47,923 nucleotides of DNA, taken from assembly GCA_028873295.1 (NCBI GenBank), contig JAGWKO010000004.1:1-47923 (forward strand), in the 5' to 3' direction. The DNA is from Verrucomicrobiota bacterium (lineage in GTDB: Bacteria; Chlamydiota; Chlamydiia; Chlamydiales; SM23-39). Below are positions 17,498 through 25,597 of the stretch, in pieces (the first letter of the stretch is position 1; every line of letters begins with the position of its first letter). The notes below the pieces were generated by a model. The model did no database searches. It saw only the letters and a program-made list of their open reading frames with translations, and was not told the origin of the DNA. Made by a program: the position numbers and the translations under genes.

Positions 17498-20226
17498 TTC
17501 AGGTCCACCTCATTGGTTCTTTTCAATATCTTTTGCGCCGCCTCTAAAACAAGAAATACATCAGCATAGGTCGGAAACGTTTCCTTTCTTTCTGAAAGAG
17601 GTGCATCTGCATTCAAAGTGCGCACAAGAAGACCTAACCCTTCAGTCATCCACAGGGCTCTTACATGCTGCTGGTTGCTGTCCTTATTGGCTGAGTTTGC
17701 AAGTCTGCTGCGCAAACTTACCTCTAACCCAATAGGATCCCTACGAACTTTTTCTAAAAACTCGGCATGATTGCGCCTTCTTTCTGGCTTAAAATCGAAG
17801 CAAAGCACGCTAGCAACCAGTAAAATCCAGGCATACAGATCTGTCCTTTCAGAGATAATACCCCTTTCTCTGCGATCTCGATCCCATAGGTAATAGTCAG
17901 AAAGATGTTTGTCTGTACCGAACGGAAGAGTCCAATCATAGTCTGCAATTAATGGGGTAATTTTCCCATCGACAACCCGCAACAAAATATTGCACGGTTT
18001 CAGATCCCCATGACTGATCTTTTCACGCGCAATGAGCTCAAGCCCCTCTCCTATGCGGCGCAAGATAAAAAGCAGATCAGAATCAGATAATGGGACCGAT
18101 CCAACCTTGGATAAGGAGACTGCCTTGTCCAAATCACTTTCGCAATAGAGCATGCTCCCTTCCCATTTCAGTTTACCTGAAACCTCATAGCCGCTATGAC
18201 GCCGGGGAAGAGGCAGAAAATAGGCATCTGCGCCAGAAATCTCCAGAAGACGCACATGCCCCGTATAGAAATGCTCATCAATGTCCTCAACCCCATAGTT
18301 ATTGCGATAGAGCGCAACCGTCTTGATTGCTGCAAGCCGCGCCTCTTCTCCTTCAAAAGTAGCTTGCAACGCCTTCTTTACCTTGCGAAAACCACCTTTT
18401 CCAAGAGAATAAGAAAGCACTTCCAACTCTATACCGGTAAAAGTAGGGGACAATCGGAAGGAAACTGGCACTTGATCTCCTCCCTGCATCTCTCCCCGAT
18501 GGAATCTCCGCGCCCTACCTACAAGTGCATCCTTTCGCAAGGCGAGAGTGACAATGCGTGAAATAATCTCTGCTTTAGATGCCGCTTCCTGAGTCCAAAA
18601 ATGATTTGTCAGCTGTTGTATGCCTAGAGGCGCTACCGTTTTCACAGGAGTTGAAGCCATCGATCCCTGCAATAACTTATATTGCTCTTCCACATTTGCA
18701 AGTTCTTCTGCAATAGAGCAATCAATCTCTCTTCCCTCAATTACATACTGGAGCTGACTGGAAAGCCAAGGGAATAGCAGCATCTTACAGGCGAACTCTT
18801 CCAAAACGATCTGAGAACATTCATCAATTCTCCCTCTCCTGGCCTTCTCCTGCGCAAAAGCAATAAGAGAAGATGAAAAATCGCTGCCAAATCCCCCCTT
18901 CTCCTTATGCAAAGAGCGCACTTCATCAATAAGAGGCTCTGGCAAAGAAGAGCAAAGGCGTGAAAATGCCCCCTCTTCCCAAGAACTGGAAGAGGGCATT
19001 TTTTCCACATCAAAGAAAAGGAGTTCTGACAGCCAAACAATCCAGGCATGGGCAGGAGAAGGGGTAACCAGCCCAGCCCTTTTTTTTGAAGGGGCATAGA
19101 GTGAGGGGATTCCCTCAAGTTGTACCTCATAAGAATCTTCTTCCTGTTTTGCAACAAGAATCGACAAAGAAGAAAAGGAGGAATAGTGCTGCCAGGACTG
19201 TTGTAAAGCCCAACTCTTTTTCGCTACGGAAAGAAGATCTCGCATAGACCATTGTGGACCATGCTCGTGAAGTACAAATGCCAGGCTGCGATATCCAGCG
19301 GGTCTGCGAATATAAAGACACCCCAAACACCTCAGCTGTTCTATTTCCTTGGGCGCCTGAAATTTGACCCCATCTTCATGAATGCGCAGCATTGATGAAC
19401 AAATGCAGGAAGAAGATCCATCCTCTCGAATCAAAAGCTCCCAACTGGTGAACTCACGCACTGTCGGGATAGGCCCATTAAAACGATTATATTTGGGGGA
19501 AATTCCGATAAGAAGGAGCTCGCCGTTCGTTTGCTTTCCTAAAACAGCCATCCGCTCCCCTCTGAATTCTTTTTCCGGTAGCTTCTGCTCAAAGGCCAAA
19601 CGGTTATTTCCAGTGAAAAAAGCTTTTCCACAGAATCCCTTTACATTGAGATGGACTGAATTCAACGAAATAGAAAACTCATAAGGTCCTATGTGTTTGG
19701 GGAGAAGTTTTTTCATCCACTCCTTGAGATGGTCTGGCTCAATCGGAAGCAAGAACGGCTGCATGACTTTCTGATCAGCCTCCTCCACTGTCTCTAAGGC
19801 GCAAAGGAGGGACTCTGTTGAATAGTCCCCTTCAAAAACTCCCAGAAGAAGCTCTTTTAAAAGAGCGAAACGAACAGCATACTCTTTGAGTGCATTGCGA
19901 TCTCCTTGCAAAAGACTCTGCCTGGCAGCTTCCATAAGACCATCGCCCCAGAGCGGACGGGGGTAATGTTGTATCTCTTGCTGTACAAACAAAAGCCATT
20001 GTTTCATCAATGGATCATTGAGCCGATCGAAAAGCCGGTCAAAAAGTTGTTTGTACGCTTGTGTAGGATCTCCTGTAATCGGCAAATTAACGCAAAAATT
20101 CCATGCGTCGCCGGGAGAAAGAGTTTTTCTGCTACTAAATAGTTCGCGCAAATCTTGTAAGGAAAGGGCAGAAGGTTCTATTGCAGCAACATTTACAGAA
20201 TAATAACGAGGAGAAATCGCATTCAT
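17494..20226 (-). CDS. Large protein with C-terminal eukaryotic-like Ser/Thr kinase domain (atypical); paralog A
   Basis: LGKGGFRKVK, HGDLKPCNILL, IADYDW and ERTDLYAW; starts 1 nt after the def stop and has an ATGA overlap with paralog B. Confidence 0.8.
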   Translation of the reverse strand: MNAISPRYYSVNVAAIEPSALSLQDLRELFSSRKTLSPGDAWNFCVNLPITGDPTQAYKQLFDRLFDRLNDPLMKQWLLFVQQEIQHYPRPLWGDGLMEAARQSLLQGDRNALKEYAVRFALLKELLLGVFEGDYSTESLLCALETVEEADQKVMQPFLLPIEPDHLKEWMKKLLPKHIGPYEFSISLNSVHLNVKGFCGKAFFTGNNRLAFEQKLPEKEFRGERMAVLGKQTNGELLLIGISPKYNRFNGPIPTVREFTSWELLIREDGSSSCICSSMLRIHEDGVKFQAPKEIEQLRCLGCLYIRRPAGYRSLAFVLHEHGPQWSMRDLLSVAKKSWALQQSWQHYSSFSSLSILVAKQEEDSYEVQLEGIPSLYAPSKKRAGLVTPSPAHAWIVWLSELLFFDVEKMPSSSSWEEGAFSRLCSSLPEPLIDEVRSLHKEKGGFGSDFSSSLIAFAQEKARRGRIDECSQIVLEEFACKMLLFPWLSSQLQYVIEGREIDCSIAEELANVEEQYKLLQGSMASTPVKTVAPLGIQQLTNHFWTQEAASKAEIISRIVTLALRKDALVGRARRFHRGEMQGGDQVPVSFRLSPTFTGIELEVLSYSLGKGGFRKVKKALQATFEGEEARLAAIKTVALYRNNYGVEDIDEHFYTGHVRLLEISGADAYFLPLPRRHSGYEVSGKLKWEGSMLYCESDLDKAVSLSKVGSVPLSDSDLLFILRRIGEGLELIAREKISHGDLKPCNILLRVVDGKITPLIADYDWTLPFGTDKHLSDYYLWDRDRRERGIISERTDLYAWILLVASVLCFDFKPERRRNHAEFLEKVRRDPIGLEVSLRSRLANSANKDSNQQHVRALWMTEGLGLLVRTLNADAPLSERKETFPTYADVFLVLEAAQKILKRTNEVDLK

Positions 20227-20227
20227 T

Positions 20228-20746
20228 TTATGGAATCTTCATCCGACGCAGCTGCTCTTCTACTTTTTGGCGATCCCTGGGATCTGTACGGTCGATATAG
20301 AGAACTCCATTGAGATGATCGTTCTCATGCATATTGACGCGTGCAAGCAATCCTTCAAAATCAGCATCTATCCAGGTCCCTTCCAAATTTTGGTAGCGCA
20401 CATGAATCTTGCGCGGACGGGAAACAGATGCTCGAACTCCGGGCAGAGAAAGACAGCCCTCGACCATCTCCACACTCTCTCTGGAAGGAGAAGAGAGCTC
20501 TGGATTGATCGCAACTTGCGGCTCTCCAAGGTGATACTCGCCCTGCTCATCCTGCCACTCATCGCGGAAAATATAAATGCGCAGCAGCTTGCCCACTTGA
20601 GGTGCTGCCAGGCCAACTCCATTGTGCGCGATCATGGTCTCTATCATATCCTGAGCGAGCTTCACAATGTCTGGAGTAATTTCGGCTATCTTTTCAGCGC
20701 GCGTACGGAGAACCGGATCGCCGTAGTATCGAAGGAGCATTTTCAC
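20228..20746 (-). CDS. def: Peptide deformylase
   Basis: GVGLAAPQVG, EGCLS and HENDH motifs. Confidence 0.97.
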   Translation of the reverse strand: MKMLLRYYGDPVLRTRAEKIAEITPDIVKLAQDMIETMIAHNGVGLAAPQVGKLLRIYIFRDEWQDEQGEYHLGEPQVAINPELSSPSRESVEMVEGCLSLPGVRASVSRPRKIHVRYQNLEGTWIDADFEGLLARVNMHENDHLNGVLYIDRTDPRDRQKVEEQLRRMKIP

Positions 20747-21048
20747 GTCTCTTTCGGAGCCTCTTGCGTCTTTTCTGTTGAAACAGGAGTGGGCAGAGCA
20801 CTTTTTCTTCCTAAAGAAGCGCTCATCACAGAGAGAAGAAGGCAGCCTGCAAGAAAGATCCCGGAAAGATAGGCGGTAAATTTTTTAAGCACAAAAGCAG
20901 TTGAAGTGCCAAAAAGCGAATCCCCCGCATCACCGCCAAAAGAAGCTCCAAGCCCAAGGCTCTTTGCCTCCTGAATCAGGATCACAAAGCAAAGGATTAC
21001 AGAGAGGAGAAAAAAGAGTGAAAGAAGAAAATAAAAGAAAATAGTCAT
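20743..21048 (-). CDS. secG: Preprotein translocase subunit SecG
   Basis: Two TM helices flanking ILIQE..SLGLGASFGG; lies between tpiA and def. Confidence 0.92.
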   Translation of the reverse strand: MTIFFYFLLSLFFLLSVILCFVILIQEAKSLGLGASFGGDAGDSLFGTSTAFVLKKFTAYLSGIFLAGCLLLSVMSASLGRKSALPTPVSTEKTQEAPKET

Positions 21049-21815
21049 GGAGATGTCCTTTCAATAGATTGATGTGCAATAGCTGCGAAAGTTTCCGGAC
21101 TTAAAGAGGCGCCTCCTATCAAAAGCCCTCCCACCTCAGCTTCCCCCATCAACTCCGCAACGTTCTGAAGTTGTACCGATCCTCCATAAAGGATCGAAAT
21201 TTGAGACCCAAGAGCCTCTCCAAACCGGGTACAAAGAAGAGCTCGCAGATGGCGATGCATCTCTCCCACAATCGCTGGCGTCGCCGCCCGACCTGTTCCG
21301 ATCGCCCAAACTGGCTCATAGGCAATCACCAGCTGATCCGCTCTTTGAAGAGAGATCCCCTCCAAGCCGGCGAAAATCTGTTTTTCAAGGACCTCGCGCT
21401 CTCTTCCCGCTTCGCGCTCCTCTGCAGTTTCCCCTACACAAAGAAGCGGCGTCAATCCCGCAAAAAGAGCCGCCACCACTTTGCGATGAATGAAGGCATC
21501 AGTCTCATGAAAAAGACGCCGTCTCTCCGAATGTCCAAGAAGAACAAAAGAGGCGCCCGCTTCCTTAAGCATCTCTGCCGCAATTTCCCCTGTAAAGGCA
21601 CCCTCTGTAGCATCATGCATGTTCTGTGCGCCAATCGCCACTCTCTCTTCTGCAAAGCGCACCGCCGACTGAATTGCCGTATAAGGCACCGCCAGCATGA
21701 GACGCGCTCTGCTTCTGTCGATATCTTCCACAAGAGGCAACAGCTCTTCGAGATACTGCGCTGCCTGCATGCCCGTTTTATACATTTTCCAGTTGCCCAC
21801 AATGTAGAAAATCAT
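21045..21815 (-). CDS. tpiA: Triosephosphate isomerase
   Basis: GNWKM, LGHSERR, AYEPVWAIGTG, LYGGS and LIGGASL; ATG at 21815 preferred over the TTG at 21851. Confidence 0.97.
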   Translation of the reverse strand: MIFYIVGNWKMYKTGMQAAQYLEELLPLVEDIDRSRARLMLAVPYTAIQSAVRFAEERVAIGAQNMHDATEGAFTGEIAAEMLKEAGASFVLLGHSERRRLFHETDAFIHRKVVAALFAGLTPLLCVGETAEEREAGREREVLEKQIFAGLEGISLQRADQLVIAYEPVWAIGTGRAATPAIVGEMHRHLRALLCTRFGEALGSQISILYGGSVQLQNVAELMGEAEVGGLLIGGASLSPETFAAIAHQSIERTSP

Positions 21816-21889
21816 GATGCGAAGTATATCACAGGAAAGAGGAACTGACAACCTGGAGTTTCTTGGAAATATATGATATATGTTCGGCT

Positions 21890-22312
21890 ATGATTTGGAT
21901 TACCCCTCTCACACTTCAGGAAATTAATGAACGCGCTCGAGGCTCTCTCTCAGACCACCTCGGAATAGAATTCACCGCAGTCGACGACAACTCCCTTACG
22001 GCTACCATGCTCATTCGCCCACATACCATGCAGCCGATGGGCATTGTACATGGCGGCGCATCCGCCGCTCTTGCAGAAACAGTAGGCAGCGCGGCAGGCA
22101 ACTACTGCGTTGATCAAAAAAAGGCAGTTTGCGTAGGAATAGAGCTTAACATTAACCACTTACGAATGATGCGCTCTGGGCTTGTCAAGGCCACGGCATC
22201 TCCGCTTCATCTGGGAAAACAAACGCAAGTCTGGGATATTCGTATCACCGAAGAGAGTGGCAAGCTCAGTGCGATTGCACGACTTACGCTGATGGTGATT
22301 CTTAAAAAATAA
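21890..22312 (+). CDS. Hotdog-fold thioesterase (PaaI/MenI-YdiI family)
   Basis: QPMGIVHGGASAALAET, GIELNINH and HLGKQTQVW motifs. Confidence 0.9.
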   Translation: MIWITPLTLQEINERARGSLSDHLGIEFTAVDDNSLTATMLIRPHTMQPMGIVHGGASAALAETVGSAAGNYCVDQKKAVCVGIELNINHLRMMRSGLVKATASPLHLGKQTQVWDIRITEESGKLSAIARLTLMVILKK

Positions 22313-22339
22313 AAAAGCCCAGGCTGAAAGTCCTGGGCT
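22311..22339 (-). terminator. Rho-independent terminator of the RRM gene (possibly bidirectional)
   Basis: AGCCCAGG..CCTGGGCT stem with an A6 run (U-tract on the minus strand) between convergent genes. Confidence 0.75.
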
Positions 22340-22357
22340 CAAGAACAAGAGAAGAGA

Positions 22358-22747
22358 TTAGTTGTAGTAGTTATCGCGATCTCCGCCGCGTCCACCACTA
22401 CGTCCGCCTCCGCCCCACTCACGACGTGGACGGAATTCACCGCCTCCTGAAGGTCCGCGTCGCTCTCCCATTGGAGGACGATCGGTGCGCTGTTCTGCGC
22501 GTGCCCAGTCAATCACGAGAGCTTTACCTTGGAAAGGTTGACCATTGAGAGCATCTTTTGCCTTGCCAGCAGAGTCAGCTGAGTCCATGCGTACGAAAGC
22601 AAAACCGCGAGATCTGCCAGAAAAACGGTCCATGACAATCTTTACATCTTCAACTCGTCCATAGCTACCGAACAGCTCACGAACTTCATCTTCGTTTGCA
22701 TCGTAATTAAGATTGCCTACATATAATTTTTGATTTTGTTGATTCAT
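22358..22747 (-). CDS. RRM (RNP-1) RNA-binding protein with Gly/Arg-rich tail
   Basis: KLYVGNL (RNP2), RGFAFV (RNP1) and RGG tail; GGAG RBS before the ATG at 22747. Confidence 0.95.
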   Translation of the reverse strand: MNQQNQKLYVGNLNYDANEDEVRELFGSYGRVEDVKIVMDRFSGRSRGFAFVRMDSADSAGKAKDALNGQPFQGKALVIDWARAEQRTDRPPMGERRGPSGGGEFRPRREWGGGGRSGGRGGDRDNYYN

Positions 22748-22879
22748 TAAAAAATTCTCCAAAAAAACTAAAAAAACCCTCCAAGAACTCCCTTCACTGA
22801 AATAGCTGCACGGACTTTCTTAAAAAGATTTACACATTACATACGTAAAAAGGGAGATATCCCCCTTTTGACGTCTGTC

Positions 22880-22908
22880 ATTTTACCTTTATGAACAGGA
22901 AAAGTCAA
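22880..22908 (-). promoter_or_regulatory. sigma66-type promoter for the RRM gene
   Basis: Minus strand TTGACT (22908-22903), 17 nt spacer, TAAAAT (22885-22880). Confidence 0.65.
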
Positions 22909-22918
22909 TGAATTTTGA

Positions 22919-23545
22919 CTATGAGCCCATGAATCCCTTAATCCCCTTGGCAATAGTTTGGATTGCCATTGCAGCAAGAATGAGGCCTCCAATTCGATTA
23001 ATCACATTGATGCGATTTTCTCCAAGCAACCTTTCAAGAGGGCTGGCAAAGTAGAGGAGAGCTCCCATTACAATGGAGACCAGAAGAGACATCGCGCTTA
23101 TAATAAGCAAATTAAGAAATCCAGGAAATTGGCTGACTTTGACAATGATTTCGCTCATTGCCCCAGGACCTGCGATGAGTGGGATTGCAAGAGGGACAAT
23201 GGCTCCTGTATCTTGGCGTTTTACTCCTTCTTGTGGAGATTGTTTGATCGTACTCTCTTCTGCCTGTAACATAGAGAAGGCCATCATCAGGATAACGAGC
23301 CCCCCTGCTACCTGAAAAGCTGCGATTTGAATGCCAAGGATAGTTAGCAGGATTGACCCAACCCAGGTGGTCCCAATGAGAATGATCAGAACGGCAAAAG
23401 CAGAAACAAGCCCTGTACGCCTCTTTTCTGCCAGAGTCTGATGCTGCGTAATGCGAAGTACAGCTGGCAATACCGAAAGAGGATTGCAAATCACAAGAAG
23501 AGCGACAAAGCTATTGATAAACTGAATGAAATCCATCAAATTCAC
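22919..23545 (-). CDS. MarC/YhgN-family membrane protein
   Basis: NPL, FQVAGG, VPLAIPLIAGPG and RIGGLILAAMA motifs. Confidence 0.93.
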   Translation of the reverse strand: MNLMDFIQFINSFVALLVICNPLSVLPAVLRITQHQTLAEKRRTGLVSAFAVLIILIGTTWVGSILLTILGIQIAAFQVAGGLVILMMAFSMLQAEESTIKQSPQEGVKRQDTGAIVPLAIPLIAGPGAMSEIIVKVSQFPGFLNLLIISAMSLLVSIVMGALLYFASPLERLLGENRINVINRIGGLILAAMAIQTIAKGIKGFMGS

Positions 23546-24390
23546 CTTATTTTAAGAGGAACAATAGAAGAAAAAGAGGGGGGAAGCGGAGAGTGCAAGG
23601 AGAGACTTTTACCCGTAAAAGGATGAATTAACTCAAGTTTTTCTGCATGCAGAGCAAGACGCCTGATTGAATTTTCCAGGGCGCCATAACGCTTATCTCC
23701 AAGAATAGGATGTCCAGCCTGCTGGCAGTGAACGCGGATCTGGTGTTTCTTTCCTGTTTCCAGCACAAGGCGGAGGTAGCTATATTTCGCTGAGCGGTGA
23801 AGCACCTGAAAATGCGTTACAGCCATCTTACCCTCAGAAGAAGGAATCACATCGAATGAGGGAAGTTCAAGGAGAGGATTTTCCCAGGCACCGGCATCCT
23901 GAGACATGCGCCCTTCCACAACAGCAAAGTATTGACGATGGAGTGCATGCTCTTTAAAGAGCTCTTTTAACCTTTCACGGGACTCCAAACCTCGAGCAAA
24001 GATGAGAAGACCGGACGCCTCTCTATCAATGCGATGCACAGGGAAAATTTGATCCGTTTTGTACCAGGCGCGAAGAAGGCCCAATGCATGGCGATGGGGT
24101 CCTTCGTCATCCAAAGGAACGGAGAGGAGTCCACTCGGTTTTTCGATCGCAATGAGCGCTCGATCTTGATAGAGGATGGACACCCCGGGAAGATGCGCTG
24201 GGACAAAGGTCTCTAAAGCGGTGACAAGAGCTCCTTCCTGGAGTTCTTCATCCTCTCTTTGCAATTTTCTTCCATTCACCAGAAAACGGCCTGATGCAAG
24301 CCAATTTTTTAATGTACGCCGTGAACTGTCGGGGTAAAGGGAAGCTAAAACTTCCTTCGCCTGCATAGGATGAGGTACTCGATACTCCAT
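23542..24390 (-). CDS. RluA-family RNA pseudouridine synthase
   Basis: KPSGLL, VHRIDREASG (catalytic Asp), TGKKHQIRVH and GDKRYG; ATG at 24390 preferred. Confidence 0.93.
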   Translation of the reverse strand: MEYRVPHPMQAKEVLASLYPDSSRRTLKNWLASGRFLVNGRKLQREDEELQEGALVTALETFVPAHLPGVSILYQDRALIAIEKPSGLLSVPLDDEGPHRHALGLLRAWYKTDQIFPVHRIDREASGLLIFARGLESRERLKELFKEHALHRQYFAVVEGRMSQDAGAWENPLLELPSFDVIPSSEGKMAVTHFQVLHRSAKYSYLRLVLETGKKHQIRVHCQQAGHPILGDKRYGALENSIRRLALHAEKLELIHPFTGKSLSLHSPLPPSFSSIVPLKIR

Positions 24391-24538
24391 GACGACGCCA
24401 TGGTACAGCAAGCCTTGGTAAAAGAGCAAATTCGCGATTTTTTTTCGGCATTGCAAAAAAAAGAATTGTCGGTTTATATATCGAAAATGGTTCAAGAGTT
24501 GACAACTCTTCATCTTGTTTGGGTATAGCAAAAGAAAT

Positions 24539-25597
24539 ATGCAACATCAGTACTACTTTTTATCAGCTCTTCTCTTCCTCTCCAGTGGGAATGCCTTTTT
24601 CACAACTGAAAACAATGAAAAGATGCCGGAAGCTCCTCCGCCTTTCGATGCAGACCTCTACAGAAAAGATGTGCAGGTTTTTTCTTTTCACGGCGATTTC
24701 CTCTACTGGTCAGCGCAGGAAGGATCTCTTGACTATGCGCTCAGGATGGCACAGGATGCTTGGGGGCCTGACTTGAATTATGCACAAGGAAGCTTCCAGA
24801 ATGCAGAATTTAACATGGACCCTGGATTTCGCATTGCTGCAAGTTATTTCCGCGCTCCCCACTATTGGGAAATTTGGGGCCAGTATACGCGACTGACTGT
24901 AAGAGGAAACAACAGCACCACAGCTCCCGGAGAAAGCGATCAGTTTCTCACAGGCACCTGGCCGCAAATTTTTGACACCCCCGTCTCTCGAGCAACGAGC
25001 TACATCCATATGAACTACAACGTCGCAGACTTTTGGTTTGACCGCGTTTTCCTTCCCAATCCTCACTTGCGACTTCGCTTCCTCGGAGGTTTTACCGGGG
25101 CCTGGATTCAACAGTTCTGGAAAATTTTCTATAAGGATGGAGAAGGGAAAAACACCACTCTAAGCAATCGCTGGAGTTTCGGTGGCGGGGGGTTGCGTAC
25201 AGGAACGATTGTTGACTGGTACTGGTTTGAAGATATCTATATGACAGCAGGAACAACTTTTGCGACTCTATTTGGCAATTACAACAATACCGCCAAACAG
25301 TGGGCGAACTTTAATCCAACTCCAGCCTACAACTCATCACTTCCCTTGCGCGATGCGCACTTCAAAGATGCGCGCATGACTTTTACAGGACAATTTCTCA
25401 TTGGCCCCTCCTACCAGAAAAACTTCACCAATTCCCGCCTGGAGATTTTCTTTGGGTATGAACTGACTTTCTGGTCCAATCTCCAGGAGAGCTATCGCTC
25501 CACCGATGGGATCCCAAGCAAGGCTAAACAGAGCTGGATTAACAGCTCTCTTCTTGCCTTTCAGGGAATCACCACCGGGGGAACCATCGATTTTTAA
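24539..25597 (+). CDS. MOMP-like / Lpg1974-family outer-membrane beta-barrel protein
   Basis: Signal peptide, GDFLYW, PGFRI, aromatic-rich beta strands and a terminal Phe (GTIDF). Confidence 0.75.
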   Translation: MQHQYYFLSALLFLSSGNAFFTTENNEKMPEAPPPFDADLYRKDVQVFSFHGDFLYWSAQEGSLDYALRMAQDAWGPDLNYAQGSFQNAEFNMDPGFRIAASYFRAPHYWEIWGQYTRLTVRGNNSTTAPGESDQFLTGTWPQIFDTPVSRATSYIHMNYNVADFWFDRVFLPNPHLRLRFLGGFTGAWIQQFWKIFYKDGEGKNTTLSNRWSFGGGGLRTGTIVDWYWFEDIYMTAGTTFATLFGNYNNTAKQWANFNPTPAYNSSLPLRDAHFKDARMTFTGQFLIGPSYQKNFTNSRLEIFFGYELTFWSNLQESYRSTDGIPSKAKQSWINSSLLAFQGITTGGTIDF

